From positions 4,651-68,650 of the forward strand of contig CALWTS010000010.1 of NCBI GenBank assembly GCA_944384535.1: DNA of 64,000 nucleotides, in the 5' to 3' direction. The stretch is from an uncultured Clostridia bacterium (GTDB taxonomy: Bacteria; Bacillota; Clostridia; Christensenellales; UBA1242). The translations under genes and the position numbers were made by a program. The notes beneath the pieces were generated by a model. The model ran no database searches. It was not told the origin of the DNA and saw only the letters and a program-made list of their open reading frames with translations. Below, in pieces: positions 38,801 through 46,727 of the stretch. The first letter of the stretch is position 1. The number at the start of each line of letters is the position of its first letter.

Positions 38801-38985
38801 AATGTTACATTGTGATTACAAAACAGGAGTATATAATTGATGAAAGATTTGCAAAAATTCTTAATGATTTTGGTGCAAAATTAAGTTTTGATAATCTTAT
38901 TAAAATAAAATTTACTCCTAATAATGATATTCAACAACAAGTTTTAATTTTAATTAATTTTTTTGAAAAAGCTTTAAAAAATTAA
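35854..38985 (+). CDS. mfd: Transcription-repair coupling factor
   Basis: It has the CarD-like/RID segment (GEYVVHTFHGIGKC), SF2 motifs (GDVGFGKTEVALRAAF, DEEQRFGV) and a TRG-type region. The TTG start overlaps the pth stop. At 1043 aa it is shorter than typical. Confidence 0.9.
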   Translation: MKVLEYELKNILNNKIISGLGDGEKVVITQQFHSPIFLSANFVSAGKIKRGLESFGKKVEIISNGRENSDEKDKNLMPFIVGISKYIAGEIDGLIFLPCSSIIKFALSEFKPIIVEKGQTVNLQELILKLIEMGYERTSLVSEQGQFAVRGDILDIFITSSNNPIRIEFFDDYIENICLFDVLTMKNLKNIERINIFLSKLPIGDNNIFDLNGTKILDEPKKISEEISLLKQSYSAMSFYDYSLYENFETLYKKSDYIFDNFQVKGDYYNEKIAERSYLTDFLALKQDLVNFLKMNQTIILFTGEERYKNNISNFLTENNLSWLSYDENKKLKSKTIYLSTLPMPYSFSFLKEGIIAIGYDMLYKNTNTQFSKSKHDVFYLPKLGEYVVHTFHGIGKCIKIERLKISEIEKDYFVIEYKNGDILYLPSEEANTISAYVGGEENPKLSSLGGAEFTRLKDKVRASIKEMAISLVEIYKERQQIKGFKFKRDDYLEKKFADAFGYPETSDQIRAINDIDKDMESGKLMDRLICGDVGFGKTEVALRAAFKCIYNGKQVALLCPTTILSQQHYHTAKARLEPFGVRVEVLNRFKNSTQIKDILRKVENGEVDMLIGTHKILSDQIKYKDLGLLILDEEQRFGVEHKEKIKDKNRNIDVITLSATPIPRTLNMSLTGIRDISIIETPPKDRLPIQTYLSEESDQLIKDVVTRELARGGQAFIVYNRVETIDEFASHIKKLLPNAMIGTAHGQMPEKVLENVIEKLFEGNFNVLISTTLIENGINLPSANTMVVIEADRLGLSQLYQLRGRIGRSDRLSYAYLTYVKDKHLTDDAYKRLEAIKEFSQLGSGFKIAMRDLEIRGAGNVFGKEQHGHIAKVGYDMFVKILDEEVKIIRGEKVDKIKDVKLEVSLSAFINEKYIEDSEQRVVYYSRISELSSKEELETILISLENGFGQVPNELKNLCYLAYLRNLASHFDIEKIRINKLECYIVITKQEYIIDERFAKILNDFGAKLSFDNLIKIKFTPNNDIQQQVLILINFFEKALKN

Positions 38986-39117
38986 TGTAATTTTTAAAAT
39001 GTTTTAATTTACTTGTTTTTTATAGATTAAATATGTTATTATATTGTGTGAATTTAAAAAGACGTAATTATTTGATTTAAAAAAATATTTGTTGTCAATA
39101 ATAAAAGTGGAGAAAAT

Positions 39118-40827
39118 ATGAAAAAGAAAGTTACAGGTTTGTTGATGTGTATGATGTTGTTGTGTATGTCTTTGTTTGCCGGCTGTTCTTTAGTAGAACC
39201 TAACTATAAAGATTATTATAATCAAGCGGTGGCGGTAATCGAAGATAAGGAAACAGGTGAAAAGATAGAAATTAGCAAAAAAGATTTAATTTCAGCTTAT
39301 CAAAGTTATGGATATTCATATGAACAATATTATAGTTATTCAAGAGAAGAAGCTCTTAAAGAAACATTGAATACACTTGAAAACAGGTATATCACTATAA
39401 ATGTTGCTGAAAGAAAATTTGGTATTGACTATACTGGAAAAGGATTTAGTGAGAAAGAAAACACTTATTTGTATCAAAATGTTGTTGATTCTTTGAAATC
39501 AAATTTAGATTCTTATTATAATGATATTATTGGAGCAGAAGATTCAGAAGAAGAAAGTGATGATATAACATTTAATGGTTACAAGAAAACAGCAACTTTA
39601 GATTCTGATTTAAACATCCATAAAATTGATTATTCAACTGATTTATTAAAAGATTTTTATTATACAACTCCAAGAAATTTTTATGATGAAAATGACTATA
39701 ATTTGATATATGAAAATTTAGTTGAATCTTTAATTAATGATAATTATAAAAAAGCTTTTAATTTTTATCTTCGTGATTTAAAGGCTTCAGAGTATGGTAT
39801 GAAATTATCGACAGATGCAAAGTCTGTTTTTGCTAGAGAAATTGAAAGATTATATAAGGTAAATTATGAAAATTATGTTGTAGAAAAATACTCTATTTCA
39901 AATCAAAGTGATAGTAGTTTGTCATCTGTAACTGCCTCACAAATTGTAAATTTATATTCTAGTAAAGTTAGAGCATCATATACTCAATATGTTATAGAAC
40001 AAGATTCTAATTATGATGATAATATGCAAAATTCTTTAAACAGCATGTATTATATAAAAGAAGATTCTGATTCAACAAAGTTCTTTACTGTTGCAAATAT
40101 TTTGTTTAAATTTACTGATGAGCAACAATCCAAATTTGATGTATGTAAAGAAAAATTTGAAAGTGGTGATGGTGGTTATAATAAAGAACAATATGAAATT
40201 GATATTAAAAAATTGTATAGTCAGATAACTCCAGTTGTGAGACAATATAATAAAGAAACAGGAGTATATGAAGAAATAGAGTCTAATTTAACAGTTGATG
40301 ATGTATACAAAATTATTGAAAAGAAACTAGATGACCTCAAAATTGCTGGAGATGTTAATAAAATTGGAGATGCTATTAACGAATTTATTTATCTTTATAA
40401 TGAGGATACAGGAATGTTTAATGCTGAGAGTAATTACGTTATAGGGGTTAAAGATGGAGAGGCTGTCTCAAGTTTTGTAGATGAATTTAATAGTGCTTCG
40501 CTAGAAATGTATAAAAATAACGCTTCTATAGGAGATATGACAGGGCTTGTAAGAACAGATTATGGTATACATGTCATTATTTATACTGGAAAATGTGAAA
40601 ATTTATTTAAGGGAATTGATAGTTCTTTTGAGCTTAATGCAGAAGCAATTTCAACATTATATAGTACAAGAGTTAATGTTTTAGTAGATAAAACATATTT
40701 CGATGTTTTATACGATGAAATATATACAGATAACTATCAATATTTTGAAAATGCTAATTTAAATTATTTACGTGAAAATTATAATATTTATGAATATACA
40801 AATCGTTATTCTGATTTATTTAATTAA
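39118..40827 (+). CDS. Lipoprotein, PrsA/SurA-like foldase candidate (degenerate parvulin-type C-terminal region)
   Basis: It has the classical lipobox LFAGC and the C-terminal parvulin-like signature LVRTDYGIHVIIYTG. A position after mfd is typical for prsA-like genes in Clostridia. Confidence 0.55.
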   Translation: MKKKVTGLLMCMMLLCMSLFAGCSLVEPNYKDYYNQAVAVIEDKETGEKIEISKKDLISAYQSYGYSYEQYYSYSREEALKETLNTLENRYITINVAERKFGIDYTGKGFSEKENTYLYQNVVDSLKSNLDSYYNDIIGAEDSEEESDDITFNGYKKTATLDSDLNIHKIDYSTDLLKDFYYTTPRNFYDENDYNLIYENLVESLINDNYKKAFNFYLRDLKASEYGMKLSTDAKSVFAREIERLYKVNYENYVVEKYSISNQSDSSLSSVTASQIVNLYSSKVRASYTQYVIEQDSNYDDNMQNSLNSMYYIKEDSDSTKFFTVANILFKFTDEQQSKFDVCKEKFESGDGGYNKEQYEIDIKKLYSQITPVVRQYNKETGVYEEIESNLTVDDVYKIIEKKLDDLKIAGDVNKIGDAINEFIYLYNEDTGMFNAESNYVIGVKDGEAVSSFVDEFNSASLEMYKNNASIGDMTGLVRTDYGIHVIIYTGKCENLFKGIDSSFELNAEAISTLYSTRVNVLVDKTYFDVLYDEIYTDNYQYFENANLNYLRENYNIYEYTNRYSDLFN

Positions 40828-40834
40828 TTAAGTT

Positions 40835-40875
40835 AAAATAGACTGCTTAATTCTTGACAATTAACAGTCTATTTT
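40835..40875 (+). terminator. Long hairpin terminator after the PrsA-like gene
   Basis: aaaatagactg (40835-40845) pairs with cagtctatttt (40865-40875), and an inner stem pairs ttaatt with aattaa. The loop is cttgac. The trailing T-rich tract is weak. Confidence 0.5.
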
Positions 40876-40883
40876 GTTATTAT
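40854..40883 (+). promoter_or_regulatory. Promoter nested in the terminator hairpin, placed for a leaderless transcript
   Basis: TTGACA (40854-40859, in the hairpin loop), 18 nt, TGtTATTAT (extended -10, hexamer 40878-40883). Then 6 nt (aaatgt) precede the ATG at 40890. Confidence 0.5.
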
Positions 40884-40889
40884 AAATGT

Positions 40890-42299
40890 ATGACAAAATT
40901 AGAGAATCAACCAAATAACAAAAAATTTTCTCCTTCTAAAGAGGGGGATTTTTTGGTACAACAAGAAAAGAAATTTTTTGAAGTTGAGAATTCTCAAGAA
41001 TTGAATAAAGAATTTATAGTGGAAAAGCTAAATGATAAATTAGTAAATGGTGATGAAAATAACGACAAAGATAATAAAGGAGTTTGTGTTTCTCAAAAAA
41101 ATAAATATGATGAGGTAGAACAGTCTGTCTCAAAAAAAAGTAGTAAAAAAAATAAAATAACAAACTTAATTTTTTTTATAGTAAATATAGTGATTGTGGC
41201 ATCATTGATGGCATATCAAATCTCTCAAGAAAATTTTGTACCTATTTCTGGATTGAGAATTAACTCTTTGGCTCTTTTAATATGTACACTTTTATTTACG
41301 TGCACATTATTTACAGATACACTAGGGTTTGGTTATCTTTTAAAACAATCGATTGGTAAATGGCGTTTTGGACTTGCATTTAAATTGAATCAGTTAGGAA
41401 GATATTATGATGCAGTTACACCAATGGCAGCAGGGGGACAACCTTTTGAAATAACATATTTAAAATCTAGAGGTATACCTGTGCATACATCTTTGTCTAT
41501 TCCTTTGACAAAATATCTTTTTAGTCAAATTGCTTGGGTTATTGTTTGTCTAGCATGTTTAATTATTTCTTTTATTGATAAAAGTTATGGTACTTTTGTT
41601 TCTGTAATGAGTATAATTGGTTTTGTATTTAGTTTCTTTATGCTTGCTGTAACAATTTTTCTTTCTGTTTGCAAAACTGTCGGTAAAAAATTGGTTGTAA
41701 AAAGTCTAAAACTTTTACAAAAAATGAAAATAGTTAAAAATTATGATAAACAGTATGAAAAAATAACTAAATATATTAGTGATTTTCAAGATGTTATGAA
41801 ACAATATGCAAAATCTCCAAAAGATTTCATAATAATGTTTGTGATAAGTATTTTGAAATTAATTATAAATTATTCAATACCATATTTTGTTGTTATGACT
41901 TTTATGCCGGGTATTGAAGGAAGTATGTATATAAGACTTTTAGTTTTATCTGTTTTAGTTGATTTGTCAGCTTCATTTTTTCCTACACCTGGTGGAGCAG
42001 GAATGAGTGAAATTTCATTTGCATTAGCTTTTGCTTCTATTGTTAGTGAAAGTAATGTTCTTGTATGGGTTATTTTGCTTTGGAGATTTTATTCTTATTA
42101 TATATATCTAATATTAGGTGTATTTACTTTATCTTATGATATGGCTTATGGTAATAGAAAATATAAATGGCAGGTAAAAAAAGAAAAATTAGCAGAGGAA
42201 AGCGCAGTATTTAAACAGAATCAAATTGATAAATTTAGGATAGAAAGAGCAAAAAGAAGAAAAAGTAAACAAAAGAGTGGTTTGAAAGAATATTTTTAA
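40890..42299 (+). CDS. UPF0104 / lysylphosphatidylglycerol-synthase-TM-region-like (flippase-like) membrane protein
   Basis: It has the motif YYDAVTPMAAGGQPFEITYLKSRGIP, multiple TMs, and a hydrophilic N-terminal ~100 aa. I prefer the start at the 40890 ATG. The ORF-track TTG at 40854 coincides with the -35 box and the terminator loop. Confidence 0.7.
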   Translation: MTKLENQPNNKKFSPSKEGDFLVQQEKKFFEVENSQELNKEFIVEKLNDKLVNGDENNDKDNKGVCVSQKNKYDEVEQSVSKKSSKKNKITNLIFFIVNIVIVASLMAYQISQENFVPISGLRINSLALLICTLLFTCTLFTDTLGFGYLLKQSIGKWRFGLAFKLNQLGRYYDAVTPMAAGGQPFEITYLKSRGIPVHTSLSIPLTKYLFSQIAWVIVCLACLIISFIDKSYGTFVSVMSIIGFVFSFFMLAVTIFLSVCKTVGKKLVVKSLKLLQKMKIVKNYDKQYEKITKYISDFQDVMKQYAKSPKDFIIMFVISILKLIINYSIPYFVVMTFMPGIEGSMYIRLLVLSVLVDLSASFFPTPGGAGMSEISFALAFASIVSESNVLVWVILLWRFYSYYIYLILGVFTLSYDMAYGNRKYKWQVKKEKLAEESAVFKQNQIDKFRIERAKRRKSKQKSGLKEYF

Positions 42300-42323
42300 T
42301 CAATTCACACAATATAAATTTAT

Positions 42324-42866
42324 ATGAAGGTAAATAAATTTAATGCTGTGTGGATTTTTTTATGTGTAGTATTAGTAATATTACTTACTATATCTATTTA
42401 TCTTGGTATTTCCGGATGGTATTACAAAACTGATTTTTCCTACACTATAGATATGAAATTAGGAGAAACTAAATTAATTGATTTACAAAAAAATAGTGCT
42501 AGTGCTATTTCTTTTAATCTCGAAGGTGGATTTTTAGAGGAAGATAATTTATCTCAGATTATTAATTTAATTAATTCAAGTGAGGAAAAATTATATATAC
42601 GTGCAAAAGCTTTTATCTGTGATAAAAACAATAATTCAAAGGAACTTGGAATTAATGAAAATATAAATTGGACCTATAATGATGATGGTTATTATTACTT
42701 TAATGATTTAATTTCCCCAAATGAAAAAATTAATTTTTGTTCTAATATTTTTTTTAAAAAAGATAGTAATTTAAATACAAATACTAAATATATGGTTATC
42801 GTTTTAGTAGAAACTTTGTCAAGTAATCAAAGTATTCAACAAATATGGAATTATAATTTTATTTAA
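42324..42866 (+). CDS. Hypothetical signal-anchored/secreted protein
   Basis: The 180-aa protein has the N-terminal TM AVWIFLCVVLVILLTISIYLGI and a beta-rich body. I recognised no confident family. Confidence 0.5.
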   Translation: MKVNKFNAVWIFLCVVLVILLTISIYLGISGWYYKTDFSYTIDMKLGETKLIDLQKNSASAISFNLEGGFLEEDNLSQIINLINSSEEKLYIRAKAFICDKNNNSKELGINENINWTYNDDGYYYFNDLISPNEKINFCSNIFFKKDSNLNTNTKYMVIVLVETLSSNQSIQQIWNYNFI

Positions 42867-42870
42867 AAAA

Positions 42871-42899
42871 TTGACATTTATGGTAAAAGTTATTATATT
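42871..42899 (+). promoter_or_regulatory. Sigma-A-type promoter
   Basis: TTGACA (42871-42876), 17 nt, TATATT (42894-42899). It lies upstream of the 42928 ORF, which has the SD aaaggagg. Confidence 0.5.
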
Positions 42900-42927
42900 G
42901 TTTATATAATGAGATAAAGGAGGATAT

Positions 42928-43149
42928 ATGGAAAATAAAATACCACCACTTCCACCTAAAAGACCTTTTCCACAAAGGGTTATAAATAATTCCAATAATG
43001 TTATAGATAATAAAAATGTAAATCTAGAAAATGATAATAAAAAAGAAAAATTTAAACTTAATAGTCAAACAAAAGCTTTTATAATATTTTTTGCTTCTTT
43101 TTTTTGTATTGCAGGAGCTATTACATGTTTTGTTTTTATGTTTTTATAA
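42928..43149 (+). CDS. Small tail-anchored membrane protein (73 aa), Pro-rich N-terminus
   Basis: It has a strong SD and begins MENKIPPLPPKRPFPQR. The C-terminal TM is AFIIFFASFFCIAGAITCFVFMFL. Confidence 0.45.
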   Translation: MENKIPPLPPKRPFPQRVINNSNNVIDNKNVNLENDNKKEKFKLNSQTKAFIIFFASFFCIAGAITCFVFMFL

Positions 43150-43229
43150 TTAGTATATTTAAGACAAAATTTTACAAATAAATATTTATTTGTTTGGATT
43201 AAAGATTATTTTTAGGCAATCATTTATTT

Positions 43230-43694
43230 ATGAAAAGAATGATTGCTTTTTTATTTTTAATAATTATTTTGTGTTGTATTGCTTTTTTCAAGCATAATAA
43301 TTTTAATCTTTTTAATAAATTTGATAAGTTGTTGGTTGTAACGAATAATAAATTTTCTCAAAATTATGATTATATTGAAAACGGAAATCAAATTTATTAT
43401 TCGTTTAATAATGAAGAAGGTCTAGAGTTTTTAGATTATAATTTAAGCGATAAAAACATTGTTGGTTTAACTTTTTACTTTTATGAAGAAAAATTTAATA
43501 TTAATGAATTTAAAAATGCTGTTAATTTTATTACTAGTGAAAGTAATGATTTAGAAAATTATAAAATTTATTATGGTTATTACAATGGTTTTAAAAAATT
43601 TGAAATGATAAATGGAAAAAAAATTAATTTTCAACTTGTTTTTCATAATAAGACTTATATTTTAGGTTTTCCTATGATTTTAAATGGATTTTAA
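43230..43694 (+). CDS. Hypothetical secreted/anchored protein
   Basis: The 154-aa protein has the N-terminal hydrophobic segment MIAFLFLIIILCCIAFF. I recognised no family and saw no obvious SD. Confidence 0.45.
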   Translation: MKRMIAFLFLIIILCCIAFFKHNNFNLFNKFDKLLVVTNNKFSQNYDYIENGNQIYYSFNNEEGLEFLDYNLSDKNIVGLTFYFYEEKFNINEFKNAVNFITSESNDLENYKIYYGYYNGFKKFEMINGKKINFQLVFHNKTYILGFPMILNGF

Positions 43695-43758
43695 TTATTT
43701 AAAAATTTAATGTATAAAGTTTATGTATTGTGTCAATAAAAATGCAAGGAGGTTATTA

Positions 43759-44322
43759 ATGGAAATTGGTAAGAAAAATGCATTTGTTGAATTTTTAAAA
43801 AAATATGGTATCTATTGTATAGTTGGTATTATTGTTTTTGCTATTGCTTTAACTTTTACTCTTGTTGCTACTTTACATGGAACTGTTGAGACTAGTACAC
43901 CTAGTTTAAATTTTAGATTACCTATGAGTAATTCTACGGTAATTAAAGATTATTCAGATACAGAACTTCAAAACAATGAAACATTGAATCAATGGGAAGC
44001 TCATATGTCAGTTGATATGACATCTGAAACAGGTGAAGTGTTTGCAATTTTAGATGGTGTTGTTTTAGATGTGGATTATAATTATCTTGATGGCTATAAA
44101 GTAACAATTGAACATTCTGATGGTTTTAAATCTATTTATTCTTCGTTAGATGAAAACGTTTTAGTTAGTGAAGGATACAAAGTAAGTGCAGGTGAAAAAA
44201 TAGGTATAGCATCCAATAGTGCTAATGGTGAATTAGATTTGGGTTCACATTTGCATTTTACTTTGTTACTTAATGATGATCATGTTGATCCAAATAATTA
44301 CTTAGATTTGCAACAAAAATAA
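43759..44322 (+). CDS. Membrane-anchored M23/LytM-domain protein, SpoIIQ-like
   Basis: It has an N-terminal TM (YCIVGIIVFAIALTFTLVATL) followed by a LytM domain with HxxxD (HMSVD) and HLH. I prefer the ATG at 43759 (SD aggagg). It lies near spoIIID, as spoIIQ does in Clostridia. Confidence 0.7.
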   Translation: MEIGKKNAFVEFLKKYGIYCIVGIIVFAIALTFTLVATLHGTVETSTPSLNFRLPMSNSTVIKDYSDTELQNNETLNQWEAHMSVDMTSETGEVFAILDGVVLDVDYNYLDGYKVTIEHSDGFKSIYSSLDENVLVSEGYKVSAGEKIGIASNSANGELDLGSHLHFTLLLNDDHVDPNNYLDLQQK

Positions 44323-44349
44323 AATATTTTTTAAAAATTCAACAAAATA

Positions 44350-44380
44350 AAAAACACAATTTTAAATTGTGTTTTTTATT
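44350..44380 (+). terminator. Intrinsic terminator
   Basis: The stem acacaattt (44354-44362) pairs with aaattgtgt (44364-44372), followed by ttttttattt. Confidence 0.7.
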
Positions 44381-44407
44381 TACATATTGAAAATAATATG
44401 TTATAAT
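44379..44407 (+). promoter_or_regulatory. Sigma-A-type promoter of acpP
   Basis: TTTACA (44379-44384), 17 nt, TATAAT (44402-44407). Confidence 0.55.
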
Positions 44408-44424
44408 CGACATTGGAGGTATGT

Positions 44425-44661
44425 ATGAATACTATAGATAAAGTTAAAAAAATCATTGCCGATCAATTATGTATATCTACAGATGATATTTCTGATACAG
44501 CAAATGTAATCGAAGATTTAGGTGCTGATTCTTTAGATGTGGTTGAATTGTTAATGAGTTTTGAAGATGAATTTAAAGTTTCAATTCCCGATGATAAATT
44601 AGACGAATTAAAAACAATTTCTCAGATAGTTAAAGTAATTGATGAATACATAAATAAGTAG
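44425..44661 (+). CDS. acpP: Acyl carrier protein
   Basis: The 78-aa protein has the phosphopantetheine attachment motif DLGADSLDVVELLM. The ATG at 44425 has the SD ggagg 5 nt upstream. Confidence 0.9.
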   Translation: MNTIDKVKKIIADQLCISTDDISDTANVIEDLGADSLDVVELLMSFEDEFKVSIPDDKLDELKTISQIVKVIDEYINK

Positions 44662-44664
44662 TAA

Positions 44665-44692
44665 AAGGAGAGAATTTCTCTCCTTTTATTTT
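44665..44692 (+). terminator. Intrinsic terminator of acpP
   Basis: The stem aaggagaga (44665-44673) pairs with tctctcctt (44677-44685), followed by a T-rich run. Confidence 0.75.
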
Positions 44693-44712
44693 ATGTTTCA
44701 ACAATTTTAGAC

Positions 44713-44740
44713 ATATTGTTTGTTTTTCATTCATAAAAAT
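44713..44740 (+). promoter_or_regulatory. Sigma-E-like sporulation promoter upstream of spoIIID
   Basis: ATA (44713-44715), 16 nt, CATAAAAAT (44732-44740). The B. subtilis sigma-E pattern is ATA-N16-18-CATACA-T. Confidence 0.45.
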
Positions 44741-44757
44741 ATCACATGGAGGCTATA

Positions 44758-45027
44758 ATGAATGAAAAACAGGATTCTTTGATTATAGATATGGCAAATC
44801 ATATTTATTCAACGCATGATACGATAAGAAATACTGCTAAAATTTATGGATATAGCAAGAGTACTGTCCACAATTATATTTCATCAAAGTTAAAAAAAAT
44901 AAATTTTGCTTTATATAAATCTGTAAAAAAAGTTTTAGATGAAAATTTTGCCGAAAAGCATATAAGGGGCGGAGAGGCAACTAAAATTAAATATTTTCAC
45001 ATAAAAAATAAAAAAGGAACAATTTAA
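44758..45027 (+). CDS. spoIIID: Sporulation transcriptional regulator SpoIIID
   Basis: It is collinear with B. subtilis SpoIIID (IRNTAKIYGYSKSTVHNYIS...; HIRGGEATKIKY). The ATG at 44758 follows the SD ggagg. Confidence 0.9.
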   Translation: MNEKQDSLIIDMANHIYSTHDTIRNTAKIYGYSKSTVHNYISSKLKKINFALYKSVKKVLDENFAEKHIRGGEATKIKYFHIKNKKGTI

Positions 45028-45041
45028 TTGTTCTTTTTTTA
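45011..45041. terminator. Bidirectional terminator between spoIIID and fba
   Basis: The stem gaacaatt (45017-45024) pairs with aattgttc (45026-45033). It is flanked by A and T runs. Confidence 0.6.
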
Positions 45042-45956
45042 AATCTTATCATTAGATAAAAATATATTAATAATTTTTTCTGATATTGTAGAAGTAATAT
45101 TATTTCTTCCAGCTCCTAAATAATTTCTTAAATCAAATTCAGTGTTTTTTTCCGCAAGAACCTTTCTTACTTTACTAGTCATAGAAAGTCTAACATCAGT
45201 GTCTGTGTTTATTTTTATTATATTGTGCTTGCTTACAGCTATTTTTAATAAATTTTCTGGAATTCCTGAAGCATTTTTAAGATTACCCCCATAATTATTA
45301 AATTCTTCTACTATTTTTTTATCAACCGTTGAAGCACCATGGAGCACAAGTGGAAAATTAGGAAGAAGATTTTCAATCTTTTTTAAAATTTCAAATTCTA
45401 GTTTTTGTTCACCAGAGTATTTATAAGCTCCATGACTAGTTCCTATTGCGATAGCTAACATATCAACACCAGTTTTTTCTACAAATGTTTTTGCTTGTTG
45501 TGGGTCGGTATAAATATGAGCATTATTTTTTATATCATCTTCTACACCTTTTAATTGACCAAGTTCTCCCTCCACAACTTTATCATATTTATGAGCATAT
45601 TCACATACTTTTTTTGTTAATAAAATATTGTCTTCAAATTTTAAATTGCTTCCATCTATCATAACACTATCAAATTCCAAGTCTATAGCATCTTTACAAA
45701 CTTCGAAAGATTTTCCATGATCTAAATGTAAATATATATAAGGAAAATCTTTTTTTGCAGCATCAAATAAAGCTCGAACATAGTTTGCGCCCATATATTT
45801 TAAAGCTCCTTCACTAACTGCTAAAATAGCAGGTGAGTTGCAATTTTTACAAGCCTCAACAATCCCTTGTATTGTTTCCATATTATTAAAGTTAATAGCT
45901 CCTAAAGCGAAGTGTTCATTTAACGCTTTGTTTATAAAATATTTTAAATCCTTCAT
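45039..45956 (-). CDS. fba: Class II fructose-1,6-bisphosphate aldolase
   Basis: It has the motifs FALGAINFNNMETIQ, LHLDHG, AIAIGTSHGAYK and LVLHGAS. I prefer the start at 45956 (SD aggag) over 45986. Confidence 0.9.
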   Translation of the reverse strand: MKDLKYFINKALNEHFALGAINFNNMETIQGIVEACKNCNSPAILAVSEGALKYMGANYVRALFDAAKKDFPYIYLHLDHGKSFEVCKDAIDLEFDSVMIDGSNLKFEDNILLTKKVCEYAHKYDKVVEGELGQLKGVEDDIKNNAHIYTDPQQAKTFVEKTGVDMLAIAIGTSHGAYKYSGEQKLEFEILKKIENLLPNFPLVLHGASTVDKKIVEEFNNYGGNLKNASGIPENLLKIAVSKHNIIKINTDTDVRLSMTSKVRKVLAEKNTEFDLRNYLGAGRNNITSTISEKIINIFLSNDKI

Positions 45957-46026
45957 AATTTTTCTCCTACGATAAGAATAACACATTTTTTTAAAAACAC
46001 AAACATATTGTTATTAAGAGGTAAAA

Positions 46027-46686
46027 ATGAAAAAAAATTTTGTTGTTATAATAATTTTGACATGTTCTTTTATTCTTTTTGCGTGTAACAAATTAGCAAC
46101 GATAGATAGTTATATGAGTGAAATTACAGAAATTTATTTTGAAGGAAAAGATGAAAATAATAGTTTTATTAATTCATCAATAAGTATTGGGTATAGGGAA
46201 ACACCTTATTTTATAGATGGAGTTCACCAAGAAGTTTGTGAATTTTCTTTAGTGGTTTTAGATATTAAGTCTGTTCAAGACGAAATATCTGTTCAAATTG
46301 TTGTTAATAATGAAATTTTAGAATTAATTTTGTTTTATAATCCTTCAAATAGTTTGTATATGGCAGATATTGGTTATGCACTAAAAGAGAACGATAAAAT
46401 TTGTTTGCTTTATGGTGATTATAAAATTGAATACCAAAACTTAAGCAATGATTTTGAGGTGAGTTATAAAGAAGCTTTAGAAATTTCTAGTAAGTTATTA
46501 AAAAATGAAATTAAAAAATTATCAGAAAATAGCAAATTTAATGGAGAATGTTATTTAAAAATATTAAAAAAGAATGATGAAGGCTTGGGTGATTTGTTTT
46601 GGGCATTTACTCTAATTGGGAGAAATGGGGAAGTTAATAATGTTGTTATAAGTGTTTATGATAAAAATATTGTCTTCAGTGATTAA
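46027..46686 (+). CDS. Putative lipoprotein, unknown function
   Basis: It has a signal peptide with the lipobox ILFAC and the SD agaggt. Confidence 0.55.
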   Translation: MKKNFVVIIILTCSFILFACNKLATIDSYMSEITEIYFEGKDENNSFINSSISIGYRETPYFIDGVHQEVCEFSLVVLDIKSVQDEISVQIVVNNEILELILFYNPSNSLYMADIGYALKENDKICLLYGDYKIEYQNLSNDFEVSYKEALEISSKLLKNEIKKLSENSKFNGECYLKILKKNDEGLGDLFWAFTLIGRNGEVNNVVISVYDKNIVFSD

Positions 46687-46690
46687 AAAC

Positions 46691-46719
46691 TTGATTTTGA
46701 TTGTTTAATTATTTATAAT
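46691..46719 (+). promoter_or_regulatory. Sigma-A-type promoter placed for a leaderless hflX transcript
   Basis: TTGATT (46691-46696), 17 nt, TATAAT (46714-46719). Then 8 nt (taaattgt, no SD) precede the ATG at 46728. Confidence 0.55.
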
Positions 46720-46727
46720 TAAATTGT

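Noticed and set aside
43174-43196. An AT-only palindrome (acaaataaat/atttatttgt) after the 73-aa ORF, considered as a possible terminator.
   Set aside because: The stem has almost no G/C pairs and only a 3-T tail. That is too weak to call an intrinsic terminator.
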